Shown piece after piece: positions 1 through 13,512 of a stretch of DNA of 64,000 nucleotides (within the stretch, counting starts at the first letter, position 1; each line of letters starts with the position of its first letter). The stretch covers positions 2,232,001 through 2,296,000 of the forward strand of contig CM120646.1 of NCBI GenBank assembly GCA_051362555.1, read 5' to 3'. Position numbers and translations under genes: made by a program. The DNA is from Lingula anatina. Lineage: Eukaryota > Animalia > Brachiopoda. Under the pieces are notes generated by a model, which searched no databases, was not told the DNA's origin, and saw nothing but the letters and a program-made list of their open reading frames with translations.

Positions 1-1464
1 TAAAGGCAAGTAATATCTTAAAACTGACCATATCATTTGAAGTGTAGTAATCATTATAAGACAGATTATGCCTCTGTGGTAGCAAAACATTTAGGCATTA
101 AAAAATCAATTTAAAAAAAAATGATGTTGTGAGCTATTTGAAATGCTGGGAGATGCCATATTGTCCATGACCTTGACCTTAGCCATATCTAGATAGCACA
201 GCTACCTGGTTTCCAAGAACGGCCTCCACTTGACAATTATCACTTTAAAATCAGTCGAGGTAAAAACATTGTAAGTAGAACAAAATGCTTTGTGCAGTGC
301 ACGGATACAGCTGTTCCCTCTATGTAATCACTTCTCTTCCCTAACTCTGTTCCCATCATCAAATAGCACAGAATCTACACGTAAGACAAACCACCAGTAT
401 ACACAGCGCTGACTCAGCCCAACTAATCAGAGGCCCTTCATTATGTATAAGTCACCTGACTGTCACAGCCATACATCGTCACCCTCACGTCTACCTCGCA
501 CAGGGCCCTGAACATGGATGGGGACAGATCACCGGATCCAGCGCTCCATGTGGCAACAGTTGTGTGTGAATATTTGATGGGGTGTACAGTGCACAGGTTT
601 TCCCACTGTCACGACAAGGCGGGTTGAATCATGTATGATGTAGATCGTTGCCAAATTCACATGGAGGCGAAGGTGAGTAAGAGCTGAATAATTCACTGTT
701 GGGTGCTTAACAACCTCCGAGCAAGTTCTAATACACTATAGGGGTGGTACTTTGCTTTGGGTGGTCCAAAGAAGGAAAAAAAATCTCAAATCAGTGATAT
801 AAAATTTCATATCTTATTTTTTCCCATTGTGAAAGCTGCAAAACTGCACCTCCATCCAATAACTTTTTTTGGGGTACAAAAAAGTTTCTTAATCAACTAA
901 TCACATCTTTAAATGTGACTTGAAGTCTCAAGCCTTCACCAAAGGACATTGATCACATGACAGTCTACGCCATGTCGAACTTTGATTTTGATTTTTTTCT
1001 TCCTTTTCCTCTGATTTTTGCTGACTCATTGTAACATAAAATCAGTTGCTGAAGACAGAAGCTAAAACCATACATGGCTCAACAGGGGTAACATTAAATC
1101 AGAAATAAAAAATTGAAATTGCTGCCTTCCAGTATGGATCCATACCAAGACAGAAAAAGGCCTATTCCTAGTCTCCTTGATTTTATTTCATTTCTCCACT
1201 TCACTGTCCTTGCATGTGAAATATACAAAACATCCTTATCTCATACAACAATGATCATGCAGATCTTTCTGCACCATTTAGTGAACCTTATATCTATAGT
1301 GGAATTCATCAACATTAGAACCAAGAATAAACCAGTGCCTTAACCAGTACAAGTCAGTCAATAAAATAAATATATCTACTACATGGTAATCTCTCTCTCT
1401 CTCTCTCACCCACCTCAAACTTGCATCATATAAAAATTGTGAGAAAAATAGATTTCCATCTTAC

Positions 1465-4400
1465 CTCTGCAGATTCAAGGTCCTTGTTATAAGACTTTGG
1501 TGGAAAGCGCATGGCCTTGAAATAAGAAATACAACAGAAAGCAATGGTGAGAAAATCTGTCTCAACTAACACAATGACAAAGTCGGACACAACTCAATTC
1601 TATGCCCAGCACATTGTACATGTCAAAACCAGGAAAACACCTGGTAATCAGCTGGGAAAAAAGCAATCTATCCTATATCATTACAACGCTTAAAGACAAA
1701 TTTTAATAAATCATTCCCGAGTTAGGAATTTGGATAACAAATGATGGAAATATATAACACAATCTTTTGATATATAATACAATGTTTAGTCATCTTTCCT
1801 TGTTCTTTGATTGCAATGACATTTAATCCCCAAGTCTGGCTGAATAAGTTTATCATTCAACAAAATTATTATTAATTGGAAATCTAACTTCATGTTAGGT
1901 GTTTGAAAAAATTCTTTTAATTTATTTTCAAGACAGACTTTCTCAACTCAAGATGTTTTTTTACCTTGACAGAATTATTGTGTATGTCTAAACAGAAGGC
2001 AATCCTCTGATGAAAGGCCATCATGGGCTCGCTAGTACTGTAAATGTCAATGTTCTCCTTAGACTGGACGTAGCCTTTATCGTGGTCTATCGTAGCTTCA
2101 ATTACACCATCACGTATAGCCTGGAGAAGAAACAAATCAATAAAAACTAAACTAAAAATGAAGTTATCTGTGAACATTGTGTATACAGAACTATAATTTT
2201 ACATCTTTATCGTGGTCAGTTTACAGCTTCATGTATAGTATTAGATGATGAATCAGTACATTTTGGTCAGCAGAAACAGAAAGATAAAGCAGCTCTAGCA
2301 TAAATTTTATGAAACAGCTCCTGGCATACATTCCATACACCCGTGCATACTGGAGACAAATGTCACATGAGAACATATACCAACTCTGAATAAGGTACAA
2401 ATCTTCAGTCAAATTTAAAATAACCTAATCATAGAAGGCATATATCAGGCAAATTTAAAACCCGAATCCTTCAAATAAATGTGAGGTTTGGAACCCCATC
2501 TTGCTCAAAGTTCCTGACCAAATTCAGTCTCTACAACAAACAAACAAAATCAATCAATTACCTTTGCCACAATGTATTCCGCATCCTCAGGGCTGTCCAT
2601 CTGAAGTTTCTGTGCGATGTCGGTCAGGGAAATGCGAGAGTACGACACATTAATGCTTCTAACTCCAGTCTTGATGACGTTGTGGCGCAGGCGGATGATC
2701 AAGGTGTACGTTCCCTCAGCCTGGAATTTGGCTCCATACTCCTGCAGGACCTGGTTGAACTTAGCAAGGTTCCCTGTCCTCACAGCTGTAACATAAAGGG
2801 TGATTGGTTTAGTCATGGAAACAACAACAACAAAATACTTCATGAACTTCCCATGGTTTTTACAAAATGTTTAAAAAGAATTTAATTGCTTAAAAGGTAG
2901 TGGGGAGCAAACTTTACACAATAAAATTTAATATATTATTTTACTGACAGATCACATTAATTTTCATTTTATTTGTATATAAATATGGCAATAAATTATC
3001 ATCTTATCTTATATTAACACTGACATATGTTCTTACACACCAGCTGTTTCTACACCAACTGATTATTTACCAGAAAACTTAACTTTTGCTATGTAATAAC
3101 TGAAAATCTATTTCTTAAACATTTAAGTTCTGTCTGAGAAGTTGACTCTTTACCTTGAGTGAGTTGAAAGTATGGTGCCAGTGACTTCTTGAGTTCTTTG
3201 TGCCTAAATGTAGACCTATCAGGAATGTCTCCTAGTAGCAGCTCCACAGTCACTAGGAATTTATGAACCTGGGGGAAGAAAATTGTAAGAATGAACATAA
3301 CACACCACTGTGATTTTTGGATAGAAGCCTCAGAAGGTCCGGAAATATAAAATGTAAAACTCAAACAATGGTACCCTAAGAATAAATTTCTTTAGTAAAA
3401 CAAAGAAGAGCATAATTATCAAAGGATCATGCTAAATGCTAAAACACTCTATTTTTTTTCCTGTGGAAAATCTTTTGAGTTTAAAGCAGGCATTTTGTAC
3501 CTTCTTTCTGCCAGTTTACTAGTAATCTAGCCTTGTTCACATTATATACTAGTCAATTTCATAGCAGTATTAAAAGTGTGGTGTGAATAAGTTTAATTAT
3601 TCATTAAAGTATGTTGCTGTTAGAAACTTATCACATAAAGCTTTTTGTCCTGTCAACCTAGTTATGATTTCAACCTAGTCATATATTGTCAACCTATTCT
3701 TTTGCCACAGCCCAGGCATGCACTGTGAACCTAGTCCATGTGCCCTGACCCTAATTCACCTCCTCTCAGACAATGTGCCCAGTATTGTTGGAATACTCAC
3801 AGTTTGTTTGAACCCTACAGCTGCGTGCTGGGGAGCCTTCCTGATAGCCTGGAGGAGGTTCTTGTGGGCCTCGGAGTATTCCAACTGCAGCGCCTTGATA
3901 CGACCTGAAAACAACACAACTGTCTCTTAGATATTTAACACTGGTTTTATGACATAGGCAGATGAACTTAAAGTTGCAGTACAATACAATTTAAAACAAT
4001 ACAAGGCAGGTAATATTGAAATTTATGTAGCTATTTATTAATATCTATACTCTAAAGCAGACTTGTTTGGTGAGATTCTGACCTCGGTCAGGTAAAGAGA
4101 CACAGTGCACAGCAAATAAAATGCTTGCAATGCAAACATAAATTACCCCCTTTTCCTTATTGTTTATTAGTATTATTTTTCATTTTAACCAAATTATCAT
4201 TGATTTGGTATATTAAATGCATACTTTGTCTAAAAATAAAACAATGTGGTAAGGGACACACCAAATCCAGCTTGTCCTTCAATACACTCTTACCTAAGTA
4301 ATACAGATACCTGGCCCACTCGTTATTAGAAGCACTCTCTGGAAAGGTAGACTTGGATACCAGTTTGTCTGCCTGATCGTACAAGTTACAGTGGAGATAG

Positions 4401-6775
4401 TTCCTCAACAGCAGGTTCTGCAGAGTGGCCTGACCCTCGTGGTCTCCTCGCAGAGTGGCTGTTCTCAGGCGCTGATGGAGAAAACTGGAAATCAAATTTG
4501 TTAAAGATAAAAATATATTTTGTGAAGATAATACTGTTTTTAAGGTCTGTTCACACCCGATGTATTTGGAGTGAAAATGAGCCTAAAATGCAACACCGGG
4601 TATGTAGAAATGCAGGCTTGAGGAGAGCTCTTCTTGCTCAAGGTGTTGCCTCAAACACAGCACACTATTTTTTAAATAGTAAAACAAGCATAAAAATGTT
4701 AGTAGGTGGAGAAGCCACAAACTATTCTATAAATAGGTAACCATTGAAAACAAACAACATTATGACAGTACAAGTTCACAGTTCGGACCTATTCACATTT
4801 CTGGCTCATATTTCGACCCTCAGAACAGAATGTGTCCCAGTAGGTTCAGTTACCTGTTCACTGACAGTGAAAAGACCCCCTTCTCCATGTCACTCCCAAA
4901 AACGCCCCACCCCCTCACCTTCTAATCCTCTCTAGCTGATTGGTGAGCTCATAAGCTCTGGAGTAATAGACATATCTCCACTGTCACTCTTTATAGCAGC
5001 CCCACCCCCTCACCTTCTAATCCTCTCCAACTGATTCGTGAGCTCATAAGCTCTGGAGTAATAGAAATATGACTTGGCACCCAGCAAATCCAGGGTCCTT
5101 CTGTTCTGGTTCAGGAGTTTCTTCATCAACAAGTCGGAACATTTGACAGCCTGGAAATAATAAATAAATTAATAATAATAATAATGAAGTCTGCATTTGC
5201 AATTTTCAAATAATTAGGAAGACAATTCACTCCTTGTAGATATGAAAACAAAATCGGTAAAACTAGTTTATTATATATTTACTTTTGTTGCTTGCAGTGT
5301 TAGACCCAATTTCCTCTTCACCAGTGATCAAAATATCTCAAAATTTACCAAAACTGGCAAAAAAAATCAACAAAATATTAATCAGCATCACTTTTAATGA
5401 GCCAGGTCAGAAATTCTTAACTAGCACTATTGGATTTTTATCATTTAATGAGGGTAGAAACAGGCAAAGTCATATATCAGTTGATGTTACATACTTTATC
5501 ATATTTCTTGGTATCTATCAGATGTATGGTGACCAGGAGATGCAGGTATATGTCCACCTCAGGGAGGAGTTGGACCAGTGGACTCCTGGCTGACCGCAGT
5601 CTGAAGGGACTGGCAGTGCCACTGTCTGTGTCCATGGCCTGGAAGATGAAACAATTTATTGGATTTTAAATATAAAAGATTGGCCTGAAAGATAAAACAA
5701 ATTATTCAGACAAGGAGGAAAATTTTGAGGTACTGATAGTCAGAAAGACCTGCACTGCAAGAAATCTGCTGGTCCTGCATTAAGTCAAAAAGCTATGGTC
5801 ATATTTTGGTATTAGTTTTAGATCAGGCCAAAAATGAGGTGACTTAAAATGGATTAGGTTTGGGTGGTGATCCATTTGTTAATTATTAAATAATGAGAAT
5901 TGATCTGCCTTGGTGGAGATCTGTGCTCTCTCAGTGCTTTTCTAGTGTTTCATTGTTTCAACCAAAAGAAAAAAAAAACATTACCTTGGCCAAGAAAAAA
6001 TAGGATCAAGAAAAACTAGATATTACAATATTTATAAGACCAAATATGTGACTATAATATAATGATTATAAATGTAGTGACATACCTCATCCAGAAAAGA
6101 CAGCAGATCAGCCTTGGCCTCAGAGGCAGCAGGGTAACAGCCTGTGATGGCCTTCCTCAGCACATTATGATTTAACTTTCTTCTTGTTGTCACCAGGGCC
6201 CGCACGACACGCATGACATAGCGTGGCTCCTTGGTTGACACCGCCTTGTCAATGTGCCTGATATGCTCTCTGATATCTGCAGGGAACAAAAACATCAACT
6301 TTCATTAAGGGGCAAATGATGCAGATTTGACACTGCCTTATAAACCAACTACAGTGAATATGTGACCTCTTAGTTCCCTAACTATTATCTCTGACAAGAG
6401 TCAAGGTAAGGGTGAATACATAGGGCTAAAAATAACACTAGATAGTTCATTAAAGAACGGACCAATTTTGGTGAGTACCTCAAATATTAGAAGCAACACT
6501 TGTCACTATTATTTTATTGTCAAACAACATAGAAAATCAACCTTGAAAACTTGAAAGACAACAAACTGCAGTGATCACAAATGACATCTTTGCGTTGATA
6601 AGCTTCAAATATCCAAAGTTTCTAAACTACCTTCTAATGTGAGCAAGTCTGGATCTTTAGGGGGCTCTTCTTTTTCCTTTTCTTCTTTATCATTCTTCTC
6701 TTTCTTTTCTTTGGAGACGTCTTTCATTTCTACGTCAGTGGACTTTGATTTGGATTCCGATTTCTTTTTCTCCAT
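1465..6775 (-). CDS. PSMD3: 26S proteasome non-ATPase regulatory subunit 3 (Rpn3); 3'-partial, last exon not found in the window
   Basis: Exons (minus strand): 6631-6775, 6086-6276, 5495-5638, 5014-5150, 4294-4484, 3801-3904, 3154-3268, 2562-2785, 1965-2120, 1465-1515. All introns GT-AG and the frame is continuous. Translation includes Rpn3 motifs [90 protein letters not shown] (PCI region), AIRDGVIEA and [17 protein letters not shown]. The acidic C-terminal exon was not found in 1-1464. Confidence 0.97.
4888..5070 (-). repeat. ~95-bp tandem duplication covering the 3' end of PSMD3 exon 4 and its splice donor
   Basis: Two copies of gccccaccccctcaccttctaatcctctc..ctgatt.gtgagctcataagctctggagtaataga.atat, offset by 95 nt (exon-end equivalents at 5014 and 4919). 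Confidence 0.9.
5847..5946 (+). mobile_element. Helitron/Helentron-associated non-autonomous element 3' fragment
   Basis: ggattaggtttgggtggtgatcca followed by tgccttggtggagatctgtgctctctcagtgcttttCTAGt; resembles from memory the 3' end of widespread HINE-like elements ending in CTAG-T. Family not verified. Confidence 0.4.
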
Positions 6776-7121
6776 AGTTCTGTAAACCTCTTGTCTGGCT
6801 TGTTGAATTGCTAAACTGTTTTATTTCCTAGTTATCTTATTTTTCCAAAATTAACACTTTTTACGCTGCATGTGAATTTTGCCGGTCACCCTTTTCAAGA
6901 TGGCTACCTACAGTAGTAGGACCGCAGCAATATAGATACAATAATTAAGTTTGAATGACCTAGAATATTTCTATGATTTGACTTTAAATATTTTAATCGA
7001 TAATCCGAATTATTTTATCTCTGTTTTTACGTTAGCAAATGTTCTAAAAAGAATGGAAATATCTTAATACTTTTGACCAATGAAAACTCATATACATTCC
7101 AACCCGGCAAGATAAGCCAAG
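6776..7121. promoter_or_regulatory. bidirectional promoter region between PSMD3 and amphiphysin
   Basis: Divergent ATGs at 6775 (minus) and 7122 (plus) with 346 bp between them; local CpG retention; CAAGATGGC (YY1-type core) at 6896 and at 7118, overlapping the amphiphysin ATG. Confidence 0.75.
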
Positions 7122-10102
7122 ATGGCAGAGAGTAAGGGAGGTAGCATAGGAAAGATCTTACAAAAACGTGCAGCTCGCGCGAAAGAAAAGGTAATTATAT
7201 TATTTAACACTCAGATCTAATAAAGTAAAGTCTAATATCTATTGGTGTGAAATATAAACATATATTTCCTTGAAATATGATAGATAGAGGTATGGGAATG
7301 TGGAATATTTTTGGTATTTAAAGATACTGCAGATGGAGTTTAACAAGTAGGAAGTAGGAGACATGAGATAGGAATATCCGATAAGGATTAACTTATAACG
7401 TGTACCCTGCGTTTATATCAACACTAGATATAGCATAGTGCATTTGTGTACTGTAATCATTGCTGTCGTGAGAAAGAGTTACTTAAGTTTGCTGGGAACT
7501 TACTTTAGGAAATTTATTGATTTAAATTAAGGTTACTGTTTAGCCTACGTTTATTCAGTGTACATGCTTGAATGACAGTGGGGTATTTCCACCTCCAGTA
7601 AATTGAAAAAAAATTACAGTTTTTAATACTATTCGAAGGTTTTGAAGTATAATGATTAAAACTGTAGAACAAATTGTGATCGGTAACACAAAATTTACAC
7701 ACCAAAGTGTAGCATACTATTGCATAACACTACATTGTGAATGAAATCATTAAATCAGAAGTAATAGGAATGTATTTGATGGAAATCATCAATATGAAGC
7801 TACCAAAGAAGTAAAACTATGGGATTTGGCAGAAATTGACAACATTTGATGCTAGGTGTCCATTTGGAAAGCAGGAATGCCACGTTTGGTCCTAGCACAA
7901 AGTCGAAACACACGGTTCAGTGAACATTTACAATTTCAGTTGGTTTAAGGCTAACAGGGCATGCTAAGAACTCAGTGCAAACATAGCTGGACTGTATTGA
8001 GCTCGGGCAGTCAGGTATTTTTCTTTGATAAGTGTATACAGTTATATATAATATCGTGACCAGTAGCAGTGTAAAGAATGACCACTGCTGGAATGTACTT
8101 AAAAGATGCTTTGATATCTGTCTCAGTGTTACATAGCCAGGTGTATGACTTTCTCTTAAATCTGTTATCTGTTAGCTTTTCCAGACAATAAATGGGCACT
8201 GTACTAGTAAGGTGATTAATTAAATTCCCTTTTTACTTCCTATTTTTAGACATTTGAAGGACACTAAAACAGGGTGGATATATTACACTGACCAAAGGAT
8301 ATCTAGTGGTCTGGTCAGATCTTACAAGTGACCCCCTCTCCCAAATCTAGTCTAGGGGCGGATCCAGAGATATTTTCTGACAGTCTTCCAAATTATCTTT
8401 GTTGATCCATCCACCATTTTGACCGTCTTCCGAGAGAAAACGTACGATACACATCAATGTAAACTTAAAAATCTGACCGTTTTCCGGAACACCCAGAAGA
8501 CGGCCTAAATCCGCCCCTGCTAGTCAATCTTGTTAATTTGTACATTTTAGTTTAAATTTAGAGCTGTACTTGTTCATCCTCATTTTTCAGAAAATATTTC
8601 TACATCCATATTTCCCATATCAAATAGTAATTGAAAAAAAATCAATATCACTTAACTAACAGTAGATACAACTGCTGACCAACTGTTAAATGTCCTATTT
8701 TACATTCAAACTGCACTTGTTTGTTCACTCACTTTGCTGACAAGTAGTTAAATAGATCAGCAATTAAAAGACCAACAAGTGTTTGATGCACAGTTTTGAT
8801 AGAACATCTGTTTCAGCGATGCAATTATTCATGATATTCACTGATTTCATGAGGTTGAATTCTGACTCAGTTATGTCCCAGTATTTGCTGTAAGCTATTA
8901 CTGTATAAAAAGCAGTAAAATTCCCCAGTACACTCTGAAGTATATAAATCAAGACACGTTTACAAGCAAAATTTAGATTTATCTTATTTTGATAATGTTT
9001 AACATGTAACATGATTAAGTATCTACTAATGATTCAATTTGTACTAATAATCAGCTTGATGTACTAATGATTAGTCTTTATTAATGATTTATTATACTTG
9101 TACTCATAATTTAGTATATAACATGCACTGATAACTGCTTGTAAATACACCAGTCAGAGACCCTACCCAAACATGTAATTAAGCTTAATTTATATCTAGT
9201 GCATGCTTTTCCTTTTCTCCACCTTCAGTGACTGAGAATTTTAATTTCCAGATTAATAGACCCTGGTTTATTATACATCAGTACTTAAACTGTAGTGATT
9301 GAGTCATGAGTTCCATTATAGAAGTGAATCTCACTTTTTTTAGAAGCGAAATGACTAAACAAACATTTTTTTTTGAAAGAAATGGAAAAGTAGGTTATAT
9401 AATACATAAAAGCAAAAGATGTTGTTTAATGGTTGAGACCTAGCTTGGTGATGTTGTTTGAATATTAATCATCTGCCTATGAGTATAATTCAGTTAGTGG
9501 GCGACAATACCTCTTAATTATACCTCATATTAAGCCTACTTCAGCCATATAGACCTAAATAATGGATGAGATGACACAGGTGATTGGTTTTCTAAGCTAA
9601 TGGTCTGTGTCCATTCTGTTCAGGGAGTGGTATTACCAGCTGTTTATGAGCAAACATAAGAACATGTAAACAAATACATATATGATGTGATTAATTAGTT
9701 ACAAAATTATTGAATTGGAATGGTATTGAAATAATTAGGAGAGTTGTCTATTAGGAAAGTATCTCTGGATAGTATGTTATTCTATGCAAAATAATGTGGG
9801 AAATTATTTCATCAGAATACAATATGCCTTGGAGAAACAACCTTTGGGGCTTAAATGTGCCCTAATAATAGGCTATCATGGGGGAGTTTTATTAATTAAT
9901 CTTAAAAACGTGCCTAGAAAGCTGTAGGATCTTTGCTTGTGATGGTGTGATGACAAAATGCTAATCTGAAAGTTGCATTTATGCACATAATGAATGAATT
10001 GCTGGTATTTTTGAATATGATTTTGTAAGATTTGGTTGAAATATAACACTGATAGAAATAGAACAGGCTTGTACTCCCCCCCCCCCAAAAAAAAAAACAA
10101 AC

Positions 10103-10179
<77 letters not shown>

Positions 10180-13100
10180 AATAAATAATTAAACCAAAGA
10201 ATGATCATTATTTGCCACAACACAGCTGGTTTGCTAGGAGTAAGACACCTTTTAAAATTGCAAGGGTAGCATTTATATTAGTTTTAGCCAAGAATAGTTT
10301 TATTTACAATTTATCAAGCAGAAGTTTGACTGCAACCCCATGCTGTGAGTGTGTAAAACCTATGTCGTATCAGAGTAAAGTGGTTTCTTGTGAGTTTTGA
10401 GACTTGGGGTGATCTGAGTTCTCTGAATTGTCTTGACTGCCAACAGCACCTGAGTACTAGAACAGATTACATTGCCAATTATAATAACACACCAATGTGT
10501 AGACAATTAGATAATGGTCTTGTAATTGACTAAATTGTTACACACACACAGGCTTGATATTGATTTCATTATGTATGTGATACCATATAACTTGCTTACA
10601 GTTCTTAGAAATAATGAACATGAAATGTAAAGGCATTGTTTCGGAAAGTTTTGGTATGTTTTATTATCATGTGTCATAACAGAGTTTGGGACATTTGTAC
10701 TAAGGTTGGTGCCTCAAATTAAGTTTTTTTCTAGCAGGATAAAAACTACAGTACATCGCATTATATTATAAATGTTAGGCTTCGTTCACATGCAATGTCT
10801 ATTTTCTAATTTCTATTTTCTATTCGCGCTATCTTATGATCACGGTCTGTGGCCTGAATATCCCGCCGCGTAATTACTGGCAGCGCGAGCCAGTTACTTA
10901 TAGTAACTTATAGTAACTGGCTCGCGCTGCCAGTAATTACGCCGCGGGATATTCAGGCCACAGACCGTGATCATAAGACATACCGCAAATAGAAAATAGA
11001 ATTTAGAAAATAGACATTGCATGCGAATGAAGCCTTAGTCTCTCACTGTTTAGAATTGTATGATAAATAAATATGTAAAGCCGTGTTCTCACAAGATTGC
11101 TTGGAGCGATTGTTGATGTGTGGAGAAATAGGGTGTGTCATGGTAAAGGGTGTGAAGAGACCATATTCTGCTTCATATAGTGAAATCTCTGCCTAGTTGA
11201 TCTGGGTAGGACATGACAGCAGTCTGTTTTGTAATCTAAGGTGATAATACTTGGAACACTTAGACATTTAGCTGCCTAGCACAGTGTCGGACAGAGGAAT
11301 TATATCAGGTAAAACAAAGTGGTTTTCTGTATCAGAGTGACTATTTCATCAAGGAAAGAAGATGTAAAACAGTTAGTGAGGGTGTATGCTTAATCATCTC
11401 CCTGTACAACAGAAAGTGCATCTTAATACCATTAGAGTCAGATATGAGTGAAAATTTGAAAGGATTATTGAAATGTTTATGCTAATATCTGAATACCTCT
11501 GGTCCATCAATCATGTTGAAATGACATGGTTTTGTGGCTTTAGCATAGGAGCTGATGAAGTTCTTGTATTATAGATATATTATAGACACACATTATAATA
11601 ATAATATGGGGTACTTCAATATTTTGAGGCTATTTTGATAAGACGTAAGCATTTGCATGTAGTACTTTCTCAGTTTGTTCCTTACTATAGTGTTGGCAGT
11701 TCTTTTGAATAACTTTTGCTGGAAATTTATGAATTCCTTTTCCTTACTAGTCCATTCACAGCTGTTATCTCTGGGTTAGTTAGTACAAGATAGGGTGAAT
11801 TGTTTGTGATGATATGATACAATGACAACAGGGGATTGAAGTGAACAGTAATGAGAGTGAAGTTCAATAGCAGCAAAGGTCGTAGAATTCCCCACCCTTA
11901 TCAGTACTGATACAATAGTAATTGCCATTATAATTACATAACTGTGTGGAAACATAACTGAAATTATTAAAGATGCCTTTTCTGGTACTTAGTGTCTATA
12001 TTGTTAATGAACTTTCATTCTTTCGTCTTTGGAATGCCTGTTTCAAAATTGAAATCACATCAGGCAGATTAAAAAAAACAAAACAAAACAAAAAAACAGT
12101 CATTTGCATGTGTGTTCTTCCAATGTCATGTCTGCCAAAAATTGAAATCCGGGAATAAAAAATACAGTCATTTGCATGTGTGTTCTTCCAATTTCATGTC
12201 TGCAAAAAATTGAAATCCGGGAGAAGACTGCAGTATCATTGTTTTTGTGGAATTTAAACTCGTTAGCTGGAAGATTTTCAGCAATGTTATGGCTTGTGTT
12301 CAAGTGTGGTCCCAGAAAAATGCAAATATTGGAACTAAGATTTAGTCATTCAGGCACATGGCAGTCATGGGGGGTTTCTTTTGCTATAAACAGGTGTGTC
12401 TAGACTAGGTCTGCTTGGACCGAAAATCAGGCTAACTGTCACCATAACAGAACCAGCTTGGTGGTCCTGTGATTCAGATGTCTGAGGTGCAGTGGGGTTT
12501 CTTGTCTTATGACCCAACTTTGTTCTATAACCGGTGTAAATTTTTTCCAGTCTGAACAGACCACAGCAGTGGTGGCCCCTGGTGTTACATAATGGATTGT
12601 TACAGTAAAGCTGTAATCAGTAGTGTCTGGTATTGTGTAGGGTGTTAAGGCTGGGCAACCATGCTTTCTTCATCCTGAGATCTACAGTTACATTGGTATG
12701 TACTAGTACTGTCTGGAGGGGTTACAGCTATAATGATACTCCATGGTCAAGGCATTTTGTCAGTACAAAAAGAAAAGGGGAAAAAAAGGAAATCACAAAG
12801 CACTATGTCTCTAGTGTCCAAGTATATGTGATAGCCTTCTCTAGTACATGTCTCTTACCTTTTACTGTGCTGACTGGCAAAAACTGGAGTCTGGCTCATG
12901 GCCTGTAAATACAAAATTTCCCCACTTTCCATAATTATTAAACCCATAGCATTTACTCCCAGTTTACCCATTCAGAGTGACTCCTGAATTATCTTACTAC
13001 AAATTTTATAGGCAGGCATTAAAATGTTATGTGATAATAAAATAACTGTCAGTCTTGTATTTTATATTGTCACATATATTTCTGGCTTTGTTACTGAGGA

Positions 13101-13469
13101 GTTTGTATAATATTTTATTAATTTATAATCTGATGAAACATTAGCTTTATTTTAAAAAAGTACTTTTTATTGTCCAAGAAAGGAAAAAATGATGCATTTT
13201 CACGTGGTTAGTCACCAAATTGATATATAGTATAGTTGGTTGCAGATCATAGATGTAGCAGTATTCACAATAATTATAGTAATAATGTTAAATGTTTGAT
13301 TGTGACTCCATTAAGATTTAAAGTCTGAAGGCATTTCACTGAGTAATGGGTAGGAGTGGAGAAATAAGGGCAATGACACTGTAGTATATATATATACTGA
13401 CCTGTATCTCTCTCTGTCATCAATATAGGTGTCAATTAGCAGTTATACTTGGGTCTCTTGTCAGTATCA

Positions 13470-13512
<43 letters not shown>

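Noticed and set aside
9020-9145. Degenerate ~20-bp repeats (tactaatgatt...)
   Set aside because: Ordinary decayed AT-rich minisatellite with no further structure.
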